Below are positions 39,045-50,156 of a DNA stretch of 64,000 nt, piece by piece; within the stretch, counting starts at the first letter, position 1, and each line of letters begins with the position of its first letter. This stretch comes from Escherichia phage vB_EcoM_IME392. The position numbers were made by a program, and so were the translations under genes. Below the pieces are notes generated by a model. The model searched no databases. It saw nothing but the letters and a program-made list of their open reading frames with translations, and had not been told where the DNA came from. The stretch is from sequence record MH719082.1; one strand, written 5' to 3'.

Positions 39045-42032
39045 ATGTCTTATAATCCAATTGTAGAAGGGTCAACTTGGCCCGAGACTATTCGCCGCTT
39101 AGAAAAGACGGATAGGGCAGAAGGCGGTCAACTAGTTACTAATTCTAAGGATGAACCAGTATCCGGACATATTAATCATCCAATAACCCAATTAGCTACT
39201 AGAACCTCCATTTTAAAAAAGTCTAATTTATCGATAATTAATAATACTAAAGAACAGTGGAAGTTATTACTCGGTGACTTAGGACTAACTCTTGTTGGCA
39301 CTTTTGAAGAAGGTGCTACAGTAAACAGTAAAAAGGATGCTGTCTGGCATATTGATGGTGGCCAGTGCTACGTGTGGGGTGGCGTGCTCCCTAAGACTGT
39401 ATATGCTAACTCCTCACCGCTAACTACTGGTGGTGTCTCTTCTGATGCTTGGGTTAGTATTGGTGATACCGCACTGCGAGGGCAAATATCAGACCCGGAT
39501 GGTGCAACAAAATACCCCGAATTGCAGATTGCTCGATGGCGTGACATTTTCGACCCTCGTGGTTGGGGAGCTAAAGGTGATGGATTAGTCGATGATACTG
39601 TGGCTCTTAATAATCTGTTAAGCGCTGCTCCAGTAGGTCAGAAAATTAATGGTAACGGCAGAACCTATAAAGTATCCGCACTTCCAGATATTAGCAGATT
39701 CGTTAACACTCGTTTCGTTTATGAGCGTATTCCTGGCCAGCCGCTTTATTATGTATCTGACGAGTTTGTTCAGGGTGAGTTAATTAAAATAACCGATACC
39801 CCTTATTACAATGCTTGGCCTCAGGATAAAGCGTTCGTTTACGACGATGTTATTTACTGTCCGTTCATGGCTAGCGATCGGCACGGGGTTAGCAGGCTTC
39901 ATGTATCCTGGGTTCGCTCAGGTGATGACGGACAGACCTGGACGACCCCGGAGTGGCTAACTGACCTACACCCTAATTACCCAACAGTTAACTACCACTG
40001 TATGAGTATGGGGGTGATGCGTAATCGTCTCTTTGCGATGATTGAGACCCGTACTTTAGCAGCTAACGCATTAGTGACCTGTGAGTTGTGGGATCGCCCC
40101 ATGTCCCGTAACTACCATCTGACAGGTGGTATAACAAAAGCTGCCAACCAGCCTGTGGCTGTAATTACCATCCCTGAACACGGTCTTTTTGCTGGGGATT
40201 TTGTTAACTTCTCGAACTCTGGGGTGACTGGCGTTTCTGGGAATATGACTGTAACTTCAGTTATTGACCGCAACACGTTTACAGTTACCACGCCAAATCA
40301 ACAAGCATTCGACCAAAATAACTCTACCAGCCGCTGGCATATGGGGACATCGTTCCATCAGTCACCATGGCGTAAAACCAGCCTTGGATTGATCCCTATG
40401 GTTACCGAGGTTCACAGTTTTACCGCCATCAATAACGATTCATTCATGATGGGGTACCATCAGGGTGATGTTGCTCCGCGTGAAGTAGGTATGTTGTATT
40501 TCCCTGATGCATTTAACAATCCTGGGCATTATATAAAACGACGTATCCCTGCTGAATATGAGCCGGATGCGGCAGAACCCTGTGTTAAATATTTTGACGG
40601 TGTTCTTTATGTTGTAACCCGTGGAACTCGGTCGGACCGTCTGGGTAGTTCGCTTCATCGTAGTAATGATTTGGGTATAACCTGGCAATCATTGAGGTTC
40701 CCGAATAATGTCCACCACTCCACCCTGCCATTCGCTAAGGTAGGAAACGAACTGATTCTTTTCGGCACTGAACGCGCCGACAACGAGTGGGAAGCAAACG
40801 CACCCGACCAGCGATATTTTAGTTCTTACCCACGAACGTTTTACACGCGAGTGAACCTCGACACCTGGAACCTGGATAATACTCAGTGGGTGAATATCAC
40901 TGACCAGATTTATCAGGGTGGTATTGTTAACTCTGGCGTCGGTGTCGGATCGGTCGTCGTGAAAGATAGTTATATCTATTACATGTTCGGTGGGGAAGAC
41001 CATCTGAACCCATGGACATATGGAGATAACTTAGAGAAAGACCCATTCAAATCAGACGGTCATCCCTCAGATTTGTATTGTTACAAAATGCAGATCGGTC
41101 CAGACAATCGTGTTTCTCGTGATTTCAGGTACGGTGCTGTACCTGACAGAGCGGTTCCAGTGTTTTTTGATACGAATGGAGTTCGCACTGTTCCTGCTCC
41201 AATGGAATTTACAGGGGATTTGGGTTTAGGTCATGTGACCATTAGAGCCAGCACCAGTAGTAACATTCGCTCTGAAGTTTTAATGGAAGGTGAGTATGGG
41301 TTTATCGGGAAATCTGTACCGACTAATAACCCTGCAGGTCAGCGCATCATATTTTGCGGAGGCGACGGTACCAGTTCTTCTACTGGTGCACAGATTACGC
41401 TTTACGGTGCGAGTAACACAGCTTCTCGCAGGATAGTTTACAACGGAGATGAGCATCTGTTTCGGAGTGCTGATGTTAAGCCTTATAACGATAACGTCAT
41501 TGCGCTTGGTGGGCCTAGCAACCGTTTCACCACTGCATACCTCGGAAGCAACCCTATTGTTACTTCTAACGGAGAGAAGAAAACAGAGCCGGTAGTTTTT
41601 GATGATGCTTTTTTAGATGCTTGGGGCGATGTTCATTACATCATGTATCAGTGGTTGGATTCTGTACACCTGAAAGGAAATGACGCTAGAATCCATTTTG
41701 GCGTAATTGCTCAGCAGATCCGCGATGTATTCATTGCTCACGGTCTGATGGATGAGAACAGCACGGATTGCCGCTATGCTGTTCTGTGTTACGACAAATA
41801 TCCTCGCATGACAGACATGGTGTTCTCTCACTATGAAATAGTTGAACACACTGACGAGGAGGGTAATGTCACTACCACGGAAGAACCTGTATACACCGAG
41901 GTGGTTATTCACGAAGAGGGTGAGGAGTGGGGTGTGAGGCCTGATGGAATTTTCTTTGCTGAGGCAGCATTCCAGAGAAGAAGACTGGAAAGAATCGAAG
42001 CCAGACTTTCCGATCTTGAAAAGAAGCAGTAA
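39045..42032 (+). CDS. tailspike: sialidase-like beta-propeller with C-terminal S74 intramolecular chaperone domain
   Basis: 995 aa; Asp-boxes SGDDGQTW and SNDLGITW; C-terminal ARIHFGVIAQQIRDV...FAEAAFQRRRLERIEARLSDLE; N-terminal anchor motif. Confidence 0.65.
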   Translation: MSYNPIVEGSTWPETIRRLEKTDRAEGGQLVTNSKDEPVSGHINHPITQLATRTSILKKSNLSIINNTKEQWKLLLGDLGLTLVGTFEEGATVNSKKDAVWHIDGGQCYVWGGVLPKTVYANSSPLTTGGVSSDAWVSIGDTALRGQISDPDGATKYPELQIARWRDIFDPRGWGAKGDGLVDDTVALNNLLSAAPVGQKINGNGRTYKVSALPDISRFVNTRFVYERIPGQPLYYVSDEFVQGELIKITDTPYYNAWPQDKAFVYDDVIYCPFMASDRHGVSRLHVSWVRSGDDGQTWTTPEWLTDLHPNYPTVNYHCMSMGVMRNRLFAMIETRTLAANALVTCELWDRPMSRNYHLTGGITKAANQPVAVITIPEHGLFAGDFVNFSNSGVTGVSGNMTVTSVIDRNTFTVTTPNQQAFDQNNSTSRWHMGTSFHQSPWRKTSLGLIPMVTEVHSFTAINNDSFMMGYHQGDVAPREVGMLYFPDAFNNPGHYIKRRIPAEYEPDAAEPCVKYFDGVLYVVTRGTRSDRLGSSLHRSNDLGITWQSLRFPNNVHHSTLPFAKVGNELILFGTERADNEWEANAPDQRYFSSYPRTFYTRVNLDTWNLDNTQWVNITDQIYQGGIVNSGVGVGSVVVKDSYIYYMFGGEDHLNPWTYGDNLEKDPFKSDGHPSDLYCYKMQIGPDNRVSRDFRYGAVPDRAVPVFFDTNGVRTVPAPMEFTGDLGLGHVTIRASTSSNIRSEVLMEGEYGFIGKSVPTNNPAGQRIIFCGGDGTSSSTGAQITLYGASNTASRRIVYNGDEHLFRSADVKPYNDNVIALGGPSNRFTTAYLGSNPIVTSNGEKKTEPVVFDDAFLDAWGDVHYIMYQWLDSVHLKGNDARIHFGVIAQQIRDVFIAHGLMDENSTDCRYAVLCYDKYPRMTDMVFSHYEIVEHTDEEGNVTTTEEPVYTEVVIHEEGEEWGVRPDGIFFAEAAFQRRRLERIEARLSDLEKKQ

Positions 42033-42155
42033 ATAAAGACTTTTACCGTAGGTAGGAGAAGGTAGAGGCTTCAATTTAAGATTTAACTTAAACTAATCAC
42101 CACTCTAAAGTTACTAAGTGTTTGTACATCATGTAATATTTTATGGAGATCACCA

Positions 42156-44777
42156 ATGGGCGGTCGTTCTAAGTTATTTAGCGAACTGGGCGGAGCTCCT
42201 CTTAATACTTATCAGCATGATAACCAGACTCTCGATATTCGCGAGTTAGAAAATCAGCAGAAAGTATTAGACGAGACTCTTGCCGAAACAATAGGCAACG
42301 TTAACGAGTTGCAACAGACTGCTGGTCAGTCTATGTATATCCTCGGTAACTATGCCTCCGGAATGGTGATCGAGAACGACCGCCAGTACGTCAGATATGA
42401 TAATCTGCTGTACTATTGGACTGGTCCTGTACCGTTCACTACCACCGGCAACTTCTACGAAGAATCCTACTGGACTGGTGGGGTACAGAGCGGTATCGAG
42501 TGGAGTTACGAGGTACAGGAAGATGGGGAATTCGAGTTTAATATTCCTTACTCCTTTACCAACGTACGTCTATTCGTAGGTGGTGTCCGCCTTACTCGCG
42601 TAGAAGATTACACTATCGATGTGATTAATCGCAAGATCACTCTGACTAAGGTTAAGCTGTCGAAGGGTGTCCTGGTGACTGCCGAGCTGAACTCTCGTGA
42701 TGCTCTTAGCGTTACCCAGGATCGCATCGATAGCCTTACCAGAGAGATCTCAGAGAAAGTAGGTTTCGTTAATTACAAACTTACTGATCTGTCTGAAGGT
42801 CAGAGCCTGACTCTCACTACCAGAGTCCAGACTGTAAGCTTCTCAGTAAATGGGGAGTATTATAAATGGGATGGCGTTCTTCCTAAAGTTGTTAATTATG
42901 GAGATCCGGAGCCATCTCAATCTGAACAGGGGACTGGTAAGTGGATTCCTGTAGGTTCTGGTGCTCTTAAGTCAGAGCTCATGACTGCTGGCGAAACTAC
43001 TGGTGCTGCTATTGTCTATCTGAGATATGGTGGCACGGTGGCTGATGGTATTCGATACATCACCCCAGAAATGGCTCGAGCTAAAGGCGACGGTACTACG
43101 GACGATACAGCAGCTCTTCGCTCTGCTGTTACCCTGGCTAAGACTTATGGTCTTAAGCTTATGGGTATGGGTACTTACAAGATCTCTAACCAATCGGTGG
43201 ATATTTCCGGGGTAGTGATCGAGAACCTAACCATAGTTGGTACCGGTGCTAGTTCACAGCTGCTGGTTAATGGCGATACGGACATAACTAAGCTGAACCT
43301 TAGCAAATGCGGTATTCGTCACATCAACGGTATCTTTAAACTCGACCAGTTCGAAATTAATGACTGTTCTGCGACTGCTGCTCTGCTGTGTCAGCAATTA
43401 GCAGCTAATAGCCAACTGTTCGTCACTAATGGTATTATGCGTCGCTGTAACTATGGTTACCTCCGTCAGGGTAGTCCTGCATCTTCCAAGCCGCTCACTG
43501 CGACTCTGCTACAGAACTTACAGTTCTTCGACATGAAGAGCGACCCTATTGAGATTAACTTGGCAGTAGCAGATACCAATACCCGAATCGACAACATCAC
43601 TGTTGATAATGTCGACGCGACCAGCACTGGTAACGCTAACTGGGGTATTGCAATCGGTCTGGCTGGTACTGGTAACTACTCTCTGACTGCTCCGGACTCC
43701 GAGTATATGTCAGACGTGGTGATCAGTAATGTTAAGGTTAAGGGTGCTAAGCAGTGTATCCATATGGAGAAATGCCGAAACATCACTATACGAGACATCG
43801 AGATTTACCCAGATGTTAATAAGTCTACTGGCGTAGGTCTGGATACTGGCGGCCTTATTGCCTACGGATGCAAAGATATCGATGTGGATGGTGTGATCGG
43901 CTCCCCAGTTAACGGTACTGAGGAGATGATTCGATTCTTGTGGGGTACTGTAAACAGTGCTTACACCTTCGCTCATCGTAACATCCGTATTCGTAACGTA
44001 AATATCACTGGTACTGTTCATGTTGAGGTATGTACTACCGATACTCTGAACTCTACTGTCGAGATGAAGAATATCAAAGCTACCACTATATCTCTTCAGG
44101 GTATGGCATCCGAGTATCGTCTCTCGGACTGGTCAGCTGAGAAAATCATTCTCGACTTCCGCTACACGTCTGGTGATGCTCGAGATAACTACCGCCGTAA
44201 CAAGTGGATGGTTGCCAACATCTCCAACATGAAATGCCTTGATCCTAATACTGGTGCGGCTAACGTTACTGTCCAGAACATCACGGTGGATACTCTGGAA
44301 GTCTCGGATTGTAACTTCTCTATCCCGAAGACTACCACTGCTACTCACTACCGTGGTACTCCAGCATGGCGTCAGAACGGCGTGATTTATCATACCAAGA
44401 CTGGTACTCCTTACGGCATGGCTCTTCTTGCTGGTGACACTATTGTTGCCAGCGATGGAACTATGTTCACGGTGACCGCTCCTGGAGCTCTGTTCTATAC
44501 CAACGAAACTGTTGCGGCTGCCACTGCTGGGTCTAATTCTATCCGTTCTAAGGCTAACCTTAACTGGACTGGTCAGTATTATAAGACCGCTGGATGTAAG
44601 GTTAAAATAGCAGGAGGTGGTGGTGCTGATGGTGCTGATTATATCGGTACTATCATCCGTAGTGGTTATGTTAATGGCGGTAATTATTACTTTGATGTGT
44701 ACCCAGCACTTCAGTCTAACGTTCCTGATGGCGCAGTATTAACTTCTGTAGATACGCCAGCCTTTAAGACAGTTTAA
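42156..44777 (+). CDS. tailspike with right-handed beta-helix (depolymerase-like) domain
   Basis: 873 aa; two anchor motif copies; central repetitive N/G/T/V-rich region typical of parallel beta-helix. Confidence 0.6.
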   Translation: MGGRSKLFSELGGAPLNTYQHDNQTLDIRELENQQKVLDETLAETIGNVNELQQTAGQSMYILGNYASGMVIENDRQYVRYDNLLYYWTGPVPFTTTGNFYEESYWTGGVQSGIEWSYEVQEDGEFEFNIPYSFTNVRLFVGGVRLTRVEDYTIDVINRKITLTKVKLSKGVLVTAELNSRDALSVTQDRIDSLTREISEKVGFVNYKLTDLSEGQSLTLTTRVQTVSFSVNGEYYKWDGVLPKVVNYGDPEPSQSEQGTGKWIPVGSGALKSELMTAGETTGAAIVYLRYGGTVADGIRYITPEMARAKGDGTTDDTAALRSAVTLAKTYGLKLMGMGTYKISNQSVDISGVVIENLTIVGTGASSQLLVNGDTDITKLNLSKCGIRHINGIFKLDQFEINDCSATAALLCQQLAANSQLFVTNGIMRRCNYGYLRQGSPASSKPLTATLLQNLQFFDMKSDPIEINLAVADTNTRIDNITVDNVDATSTGNANWGIAIGLAGTGNYSLTAPDSEYMSDVVISNVKVKGAKQCIHMEKCRNITIRDIEIYPDVNKSTGVGLDTGGLIAYGCKDIDVDGVIGSPVNGTEEMIRFLWGTVNSAYTFAHRNIRIRNVNITGTVHVEVCTTDTLNSTVEMKNIKATTISLQGMASEYRLSDWSAEKIILDFRYTSGDARDNYRRNKWMVANISNMKCLDPNTGAANVTVQNITVDTLEVSDCNFSIPKTTTATHYRGTPAWRQNGVIYHTKTGTPYGMALLAGDTIVASDGTMFTVTAPGALFYTNETVAAATAGSNSIRSKANLNWTGQYYKTAGCKVKIAGGGGADGADYIGTIIRSGYVNGGNYYFDVYPALQSNVPDGAVLTSVDTPAFKTV

Positions 44778-44801
44778 TAGATTAAACTGAGGAGATTCTT
44801 G

Positions 44802-46253
44802 ATGTCCACCCAATTGCCAGATAGTCTGCAGTTAAGCAGCCTTAAGTACAAAGGTGACTATGCGGCTGGTATCTATCTAAACGGTAACCACTGCATTCTC
44901 AGATTTGTGCGTACTGATGGTAAGAAGGTGTTGGTTAAGTGGGTGGGGGACATCCCCCACACCACCGACGGTGAAACTCCGTATGCCGATGCCGAACAAA
45001 CTACTCTTAAAGCTGGATACGAGATCTTCGCCCAGACGAATGCAGTAGACTTCATTATTTCAATGCTTGGATCTTCTACCTCCTGGCGCTACATTGGCCA
45101 GGTAAACTCTGTGGAAGATCTGAAAACTATCACTCCTAAAGATGGCGATAGAGTGATGGTTAAAGGGTACTTCGGAGAGGGTACTCCTGGTGGTGGCGAG
45201 TTCAGAGTTAAAACGGAAAGCGACTCCATAGCCTCTGATAGTAAGGATGTGGTAAACGGTTGGGTAAGGGTTCGTCGTAGTAGAGAGTTCAGAGCTACCG
45301 AATTTGGTGCTGTTCCTGATAAATTCACTGACTCTACTGGTCAGGTTCAGGATATGCTTACCACTATCACCACTGGTCTGGCTATTATCGACCCAGGTGT
45401 AAAATACACTCTGGCCAGCTTAACTATTAAGCCTGGCGTCCAGATTCTGGATATGTCTGGATGGGATGGTAATTCATGGACGGCTGCAGTGAGATTCATC
45501 AGTAACTCTACTGATGGTTTAATTATCTCGTCTGCATCCAACGCTAACCTTAACCTTAACAGTAATAACGGGTTAGCCAGAGCTAAGGTATCTTACAGCG
45601 TAAGCGGAACTAAGATCTGGGAATCGGGTATGAGCGATGACTCTAACCGTGACTGGCATGTTCTTCGCGGAGCTGAATCTCGTTATCGTGTGGTAGCCTC
45701 TTCCCAGACTCACGCATGGAACCGAGATACCATAGTTGAAGGTGTCGATTACCACTTCGGTAAGAGAGCATCAGAGGATCATATTCTTCGATACGATGCA
45801 GTGAATACTGGCTATGATATCATTCATACCTACTATCACGGACCTACTCTTACTTCTAAGGTAACCCATAAAGGCGATGGATCAGTAGTCCTGACCCAGA
45901 ATGGTAAGGATACCATCAAGATAGTAGATGGTGTAATGACTGGTGCTCTTAAGAAGATCATCACGTCTACAGCTAATGTAACTCTTACCGCAGCTGATAC
46001 CGGTGCTATCTGCACTACCGATGGTGCCACTTCTGCTGTTACCGTTACCCTGCCAGTCGCTGTTCCTGGTATGACCTATGATGTTCTTGTAGGTGCCAAC
46101 TACAGCGTATCAGTAAAAACTGGTGGTACAGATCTCTTCCGTAATGGGAAAGCCACTATTTCCAACTCGGATAAGGGATCCTGGTTACGCTTAGTTTGTG
46201 CTATCTCTGGTTACTGGGAGATGGATACTGTTCAGGGTACCTGGGCAAGTTAA
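44802..46253 (+). CDS. tailspike/tail fibre protein
   Basis: ATG 44802 after GAGGAG; 483 aa in RBP gene series. Confidence 0.5.
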   Translation: MSTQLPDSLQLSSLKYKGDYAAGIYLNGNHCILRFVRTDGKKVLVKWVGDIPHTTDGETPYADAEQTTLKAGYEIFAQTNAVDFIISMLGSSTSWRYIGQVNSVEDLKTITPKDGDRVMVKGYFGEGTPGGGEFRVKTESDSIASDSKDVVNGWVRVRRSREFRATEFGAVPDKFTDSTGQVQDMLTTITTGLAIIDPGVKYTLASLTIKPGVQILDMSGWDGNSWTAAVRFISNSTDGLIISSASNANLNLNSNNGLARAKVSYSVSGTKIWESGMSDDSNRDWHVLRGAESRYRVVASSQTHAWNRDTIVEGVDYHFGKRASEDHILRYDAVNTGYDIIHTYYHGPTLTSKVTHKGDGSVVLTQNGKDTIKIVDGVMTGALKKIITSTANVTLTAADTGAICTTDGATSAVTVTLPVAVPGMTYDVLVGANYSVSVKTGGTDLFRNGKATISNSDKGSWLRLVCAISGYWEMDTVQGTWAS

Positions 46254-46269
46254 TTAAACGGAGACTACT

Positions 46270-47091
46270 ATGTCCTTTATGGTATTGGCCGAAAGTGGCC
46301 ACATCGCTTTAGCTAAAACAGTGCATGATGCGACTCTGCACTTTGCATGGGGTACCATCCCTGATGCTGTAGCTGCTCCAGAAACCCTGTCTGCCTCCGC
46401 GGTAGATGGGGGTACTCTAAATCCGGCCACGTATACCTATGTGGTTACTGCAGCTAACAAATTCGGTGAAACTACTGCCTCCATGGCAGCCACTGCTACT
46501 ATCGTTGCTTCGGCTTCTCAGCAGTCTATTCAGTTAAACTGGGGTGCATCTGCGAATGCTGAGAAATACATCATCTATCGCCAGGGTGCCAACTCCTATG
46601 ATAAAATTGGTGAGTCTACTTCCAATAGCTTTACTGACAATGGTAGCACTACTCCAGATAGCAAGGTTAATCCTCCTACGACGAACACTACATTCCCGTC
46701 TGCATGGACTAAACCTGCACCTAATCCGGACCCGACGCTGCCTGATCTGTATGCTGAAGTCGGACGTCGTAAGATCCTCACCAAGGAATATGTGAAACCG
46801 GATCCTAACGGTACCATCGAAACGTCAGAAGGGAAGTGGTCTATCTCCGATAAGCCAACTAAGCATCTGTATCTGCATGTTCAGTTTAACTATACTGATG
46901 CTGCGGATGACATGATCTATCAGTTCGCTATCTTCATCGGAACTGTACCCACGAGTGGTAATGAGAATTCTCTTTACCTAACCCCAGACATGATTAAGGA
47001 CAAGGGAGAGATGCTCGGGATCGAGAACCACACCCTAATTATTCGTGAGTCCACTACCCGCGAAGGTCATTCTGTCATCCTCACGTTCTAA
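46270..47091 (+). CDS. FN3-like domain tail protein
   Basis: 273 aa; fibronectin-III-like segment LNWGASANAEKYIIYRQ. Confidence 0.4.
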   Translation: MSFMVLAESGHIALAKTVHDATLHFAWGTIPDAVAAPETLSASAVDGGTLNPATYTYVVTAANKFGETTASMAATATIVASASQQSIQLNWGASANAEKYIIYRQGANSYDKIGESTSNSFTDNGSTTPDSKVNPPTTNTTFPSAWTKPAPNPDPTLPDLYAEVGRRKILTKEYVKPDPNGTIETSEGKWSISDKPTKHLYLHVQFNYTDAADDMIYQFAIFIGTVPTSGNENSLYLTPDMIKDKGEMLGIENHTLIIRESTTREGHSVILTF

Positions 47092-47102
47092 TGGAGTAAT
47101 AA

Positions 47103-50100
47103 ATGGCAACTTTACCGTCTGATTACTTTAACAGATTTGCGGCTAAGAAGAACTACGCCAAGCATCTGTTTATCGCGGACAGGCCGCTCCAGAGCTCGGA
47201 GCTAAACGAAATTCAGGATCAGCAGCTCAATAACGTCTCTACACTGTCCGGCTTCTTGGTCGGTGATGGTGCCATTACTGATGGGGCGGATATTTCCGCT
47301 CTTGGAGACGGTGTAATCTCTATAACCGAAGGTACGCTAATCTATGCCGGTATGGCTATGAATGTACCTGCTGTTACGGATGCATCGTTTCCTACTGCTG
47401 GTGAGGCTGTTTTAGGTGTATCTATCTCTGATAAGGTAATCACCTATCTCGAAGATCCTGAGCTCCTCATGCAGTATCAGAACTCTCCGAGCTATGGTTC
47501 AGCTGGTGCTGACCGTCTCCAGAAGGTAACTACTTGGCTGTTGGCCGATGATGTTCCAGAAGGAGATACCTTCTTCCCAGTATTCTATTTCAAGAATGGC
47601 GTACTGGTTAAGACCACCAAGTCTCGTAATGATCTCGACCAGTTCTCTGGTCTTCTTGGTCGCTACGATTCTGATACTCACGGTAACTATGTTCTGGACG
47701 GATTAACTCTGTCCTATGCAGGCATCGATGGCTCTACCCAGCAGATTATGTTGAACATGTCTGCGGGCAAGGCTCGTGTACTCGGAAACGAAGCACTGTT
47801 CGCCTATGAAAGTACCGTGCGTCTGGACCCTATCAACGATACTGGTAACGTAGCTTCAGAGCCATACGTGTTTACAGCAGGTACTTACACCTATCAACTG
47901 CGCTACTCTGTAATTGATCAGGTAACTGCTGTATCCGGTACTAAGCAGGTAACTCGTACGGTGACTCATGGTTCCGCAACGGGTTCGTCTGACTTACTTC
48001 CGGATACTCCTGTTCTGCAGATTATTTCTGTACAGCAGGGTGGTACTGTCTACGTTAAAGGTAGTGACTATGTACAGAACGGGGACTCTGTAGACTGGTC
48101 ACCTACTGGTAACGAACCATCTCCTGGTTCTACTTACCAGGTTACGTATCAGTACATTGATCAGTTCATCCCGACCTGGAACGATACCTCCATCACTATT
48201 TCCACCAGTGATGCTCTGGTATCTGGGTCTACGTTCTACGTAACCTACTCTTACTTCCTGTCTCGCTATGACCGTGTATCTATCGATGCCTCTGGTGCGG
48301 TTCAGATCACTAAGGGTATTCCGGCAATCTTGGCAAACGCTCAGTTACCAGGTACTTCAGCTACGTTGCTGTCTATCGCAACTGTTCGTCTGACTAAGGG
48401 TCAAGATCCGGTCATTAACAATGACCGCATCGAAGTGGTTACTTATAATGAGCTAAAAGATCTGATGTCTCTGGTAAGCGACATGCAGTACAACATCGCC
48501 CAGCTTTCGCTCCGTGATGAAACTCGCTCTACCGATCCGACTACGACTAAGAAAGGTGTAGTAGTTGACTCCCTGCTTAACGGTAACATGCGTGATGCTG
48601 GATTAACCAACAACGCCATTATCGATGATGGTCAGCTGTTCATCGGAGCATCTTTCTCACGACAGTCCAGTCTGGCTCCTGATGGTATTATGTTATCATT
48701 CACTGATACCGTAATTCAGTCTCAGGAATTCCGTACTAAGGACACCCGCATCAACCCGTATGCTGGGTCTGGTCAGGTACCTCAGGCGATGATCTCTGTT
48801 TCACCAGCTAAGATCGATACTCGTAGCTTCTGGTCGTACTTCCATGGTGGCTTTCTGCCGGTAGATACTACGATCACGATTAAGCTATCTGGGTATGCTG
48901 CCAACGAACAGATTGATCTTACTTTCCGTAACCTGCCAGTGGTTACCTTGACTGCGGATGATAACGGTGCTGTACAGTATGCTCATATGCTGTCTGGTGG
49001 TTTGGTTAACGGTACGTATCAGTATGTTGCTACTGGTAAGACCACTAAGGCTATTACTCGCGGTACCGTAACCATCTACAACTCTGGTAAAGTCGACTAC
49101 GGTCAGAACTGGACTGGTGGTGCTGTTCCGTGGGGTTACGATCCAGTGGCTCAGACCTTCACTATCCAGGCTACTCGTGATATTAACGCAGTATCTATCT
49201 ATCTGACTGAGCTGCCTACTAACACACTCCAGATTAAACTGGTCCCTACTTTGGTAGGTATCCCTAACTCCACTCAGCTTTATGGCTTCGGTGAAGTTCC
49301 GGCTAATAAGTGTGTACTGGGGTGGAACAAGATCAATCTTCGTTATCCAGTAACAGTGACTGGTGGTACTGAGTATGCCATCATAGTTGCTACGGCTAAC
49401 TATCAGGGTAAGGTAGCCACAGCTAAGATAAACGGATATGATCCCGATAAGCAGCAGTATGTAGTGAATCAGCCAGCTCAGGGTGTTCTTCTGACTTCTG
49501 CGAACGAATCTACCTGGTCTCCAGTTCAGGATGAAGACTTAGTGTATCGTCTCCATGCTGCTGACTATAGTTCTACTCGCACTGTTAACTTGGGTTCTGT
49601 AACGGTGGCTAGCAATACCAACAGTCTTTCGCTTACTGCTGATATTGAGACTCCGGCAAATACCTCCGTGAGATTCTATCTCACTAACGGTACTGATAAC
49701 ATTAACCTCAACGTTAACTCTGAAACGTATACTGAGAACTTCTCTGGTACTTTCAGTCTGATGGCTGAGTTTAATACCGGTGATCCTACTGTATCTCCGA
49801 AGGTCTTCGGTGGCGTCATCTTCCGTTCTGGTACTACTGATACCCCTGGGGTATATACCCAGCGTCAGTTCAGTATTCCTAACGGTAACATTACTCCGGT
49901 AACTCTTAACGTCATCTTGGATCAGTATGTACCATCTGGTGCTAGCGTAACCGTTCAGTACCAGAAGGATAGCGAATGGGTAGCCTTGTCAGGGAGTACC
50001 GGAACCGCTCTGGGAGATGGGTGGTACACTGTACCTTACAAACTGTCAGGAGTAAATGTGGCTAATACCCGCATCCGTATCACCCTGTCTCTATCCAACC

Positions 50101-50147
50101 CAGTTAACCGTCCGTTCGTTAAGAACGTTCGAGCATACTTTAGTTAA
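47103..50147 (+). CDS. large tail fibre/spike protein
   Basis: 1014 aa, last large ORF of RBP locus. Confidence 0.5.
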   Translation: MATLPSDYFNRFAAKKNYAKHLFIADRPLQSSELNEIQDQQLNNVSTLSGFLVGDGAITDGADISALGDGVISITEGTLIYAGMAMNVPAVTDASFPTAGEAVLGVSISDKVITYLEDPELLMQYQNSPSYGSAGADRLQKVTTWLLADDVPEGDTFFPVFYFKNGVLVKTTKSRNDLDQFSGLLGRYDSDTHGNYVLDGLTLSYAGIDGSTQQIMLNMSAGKARVLGNEALFAYESTVRLDPINDTGNVASEPYVFTAGTYTYQLRYSVIDQVTAVSGTKQVTRTVTHGSATGSSDLLPDTPVLQIISVQQGGTVYVKGSDYVQNGDSVDWSPTGNEPSPGSTYQVTYQYIDQFIPTWNDTSITISTSDALVSGSTFYVTYSYFLSRYDRVSIDASGAVQITKGIPAILANAQLPGTSATLLSIATVRLTKGQDPVINNDRIEVVTYNELKDLMSLVSDMQYNIAQLSLRDETRSTDPTTTKKGVVVDSLLNGNMRDAGLTNNAIIDDGQLFIGASFSRQSSLAPDGIMLSFTDTVIQSQEFRTKDTRINPYAGSGQVPQAMISVSPAKIDTRSFWSYFHGGFLPVDTTITIKLSGYAANEQIDLTFRNLPVVTLTADDNGAVQYAHMLSGGLVNGTYQYVATGKTTKAITRGTVTIYNSGKVDYGQNWTGGAVPWGYDPVAQTFTIQATRDINAVSIYLTELPTNTLQIKLVPTLVGIPNSTQLYGFGEVPANKCVLGWNKINLRYPVTVTGGTEYAIIVATANYQGKVATAKINGYDPDKQQYVVNQPAQGVLLTSANESTWSPVQDEDLVYRLHAADYSSTRTVNLGSVTVASNTNSLSLTADIETPANTSVRFYLTNGTDNINLNVNSETYTENFSGTFSLMAEFNTGDPTVSPKVFGGVIFRSGTTDTPGVYTQRQFSIPNGNITPVTLNVILDQYVPSGASVTVQYQKDSEWVALSGSTGTALGDGWYTVPYKLSGVNVANTRIRITLSLSNPVNRPFVKNVRAYFS

Positions 50148-50156
50148 GGAGTAAAC

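Noticed and set aside
40440-44393. Several 60-150-aa - strand ORFs inside the tailspike genes (e.g. 40689-41003, 41613-42074, 43710-44021)
   Set aside because: Antisense to long + strand CDSs with conserved domains; no RBS and no compact operon context.
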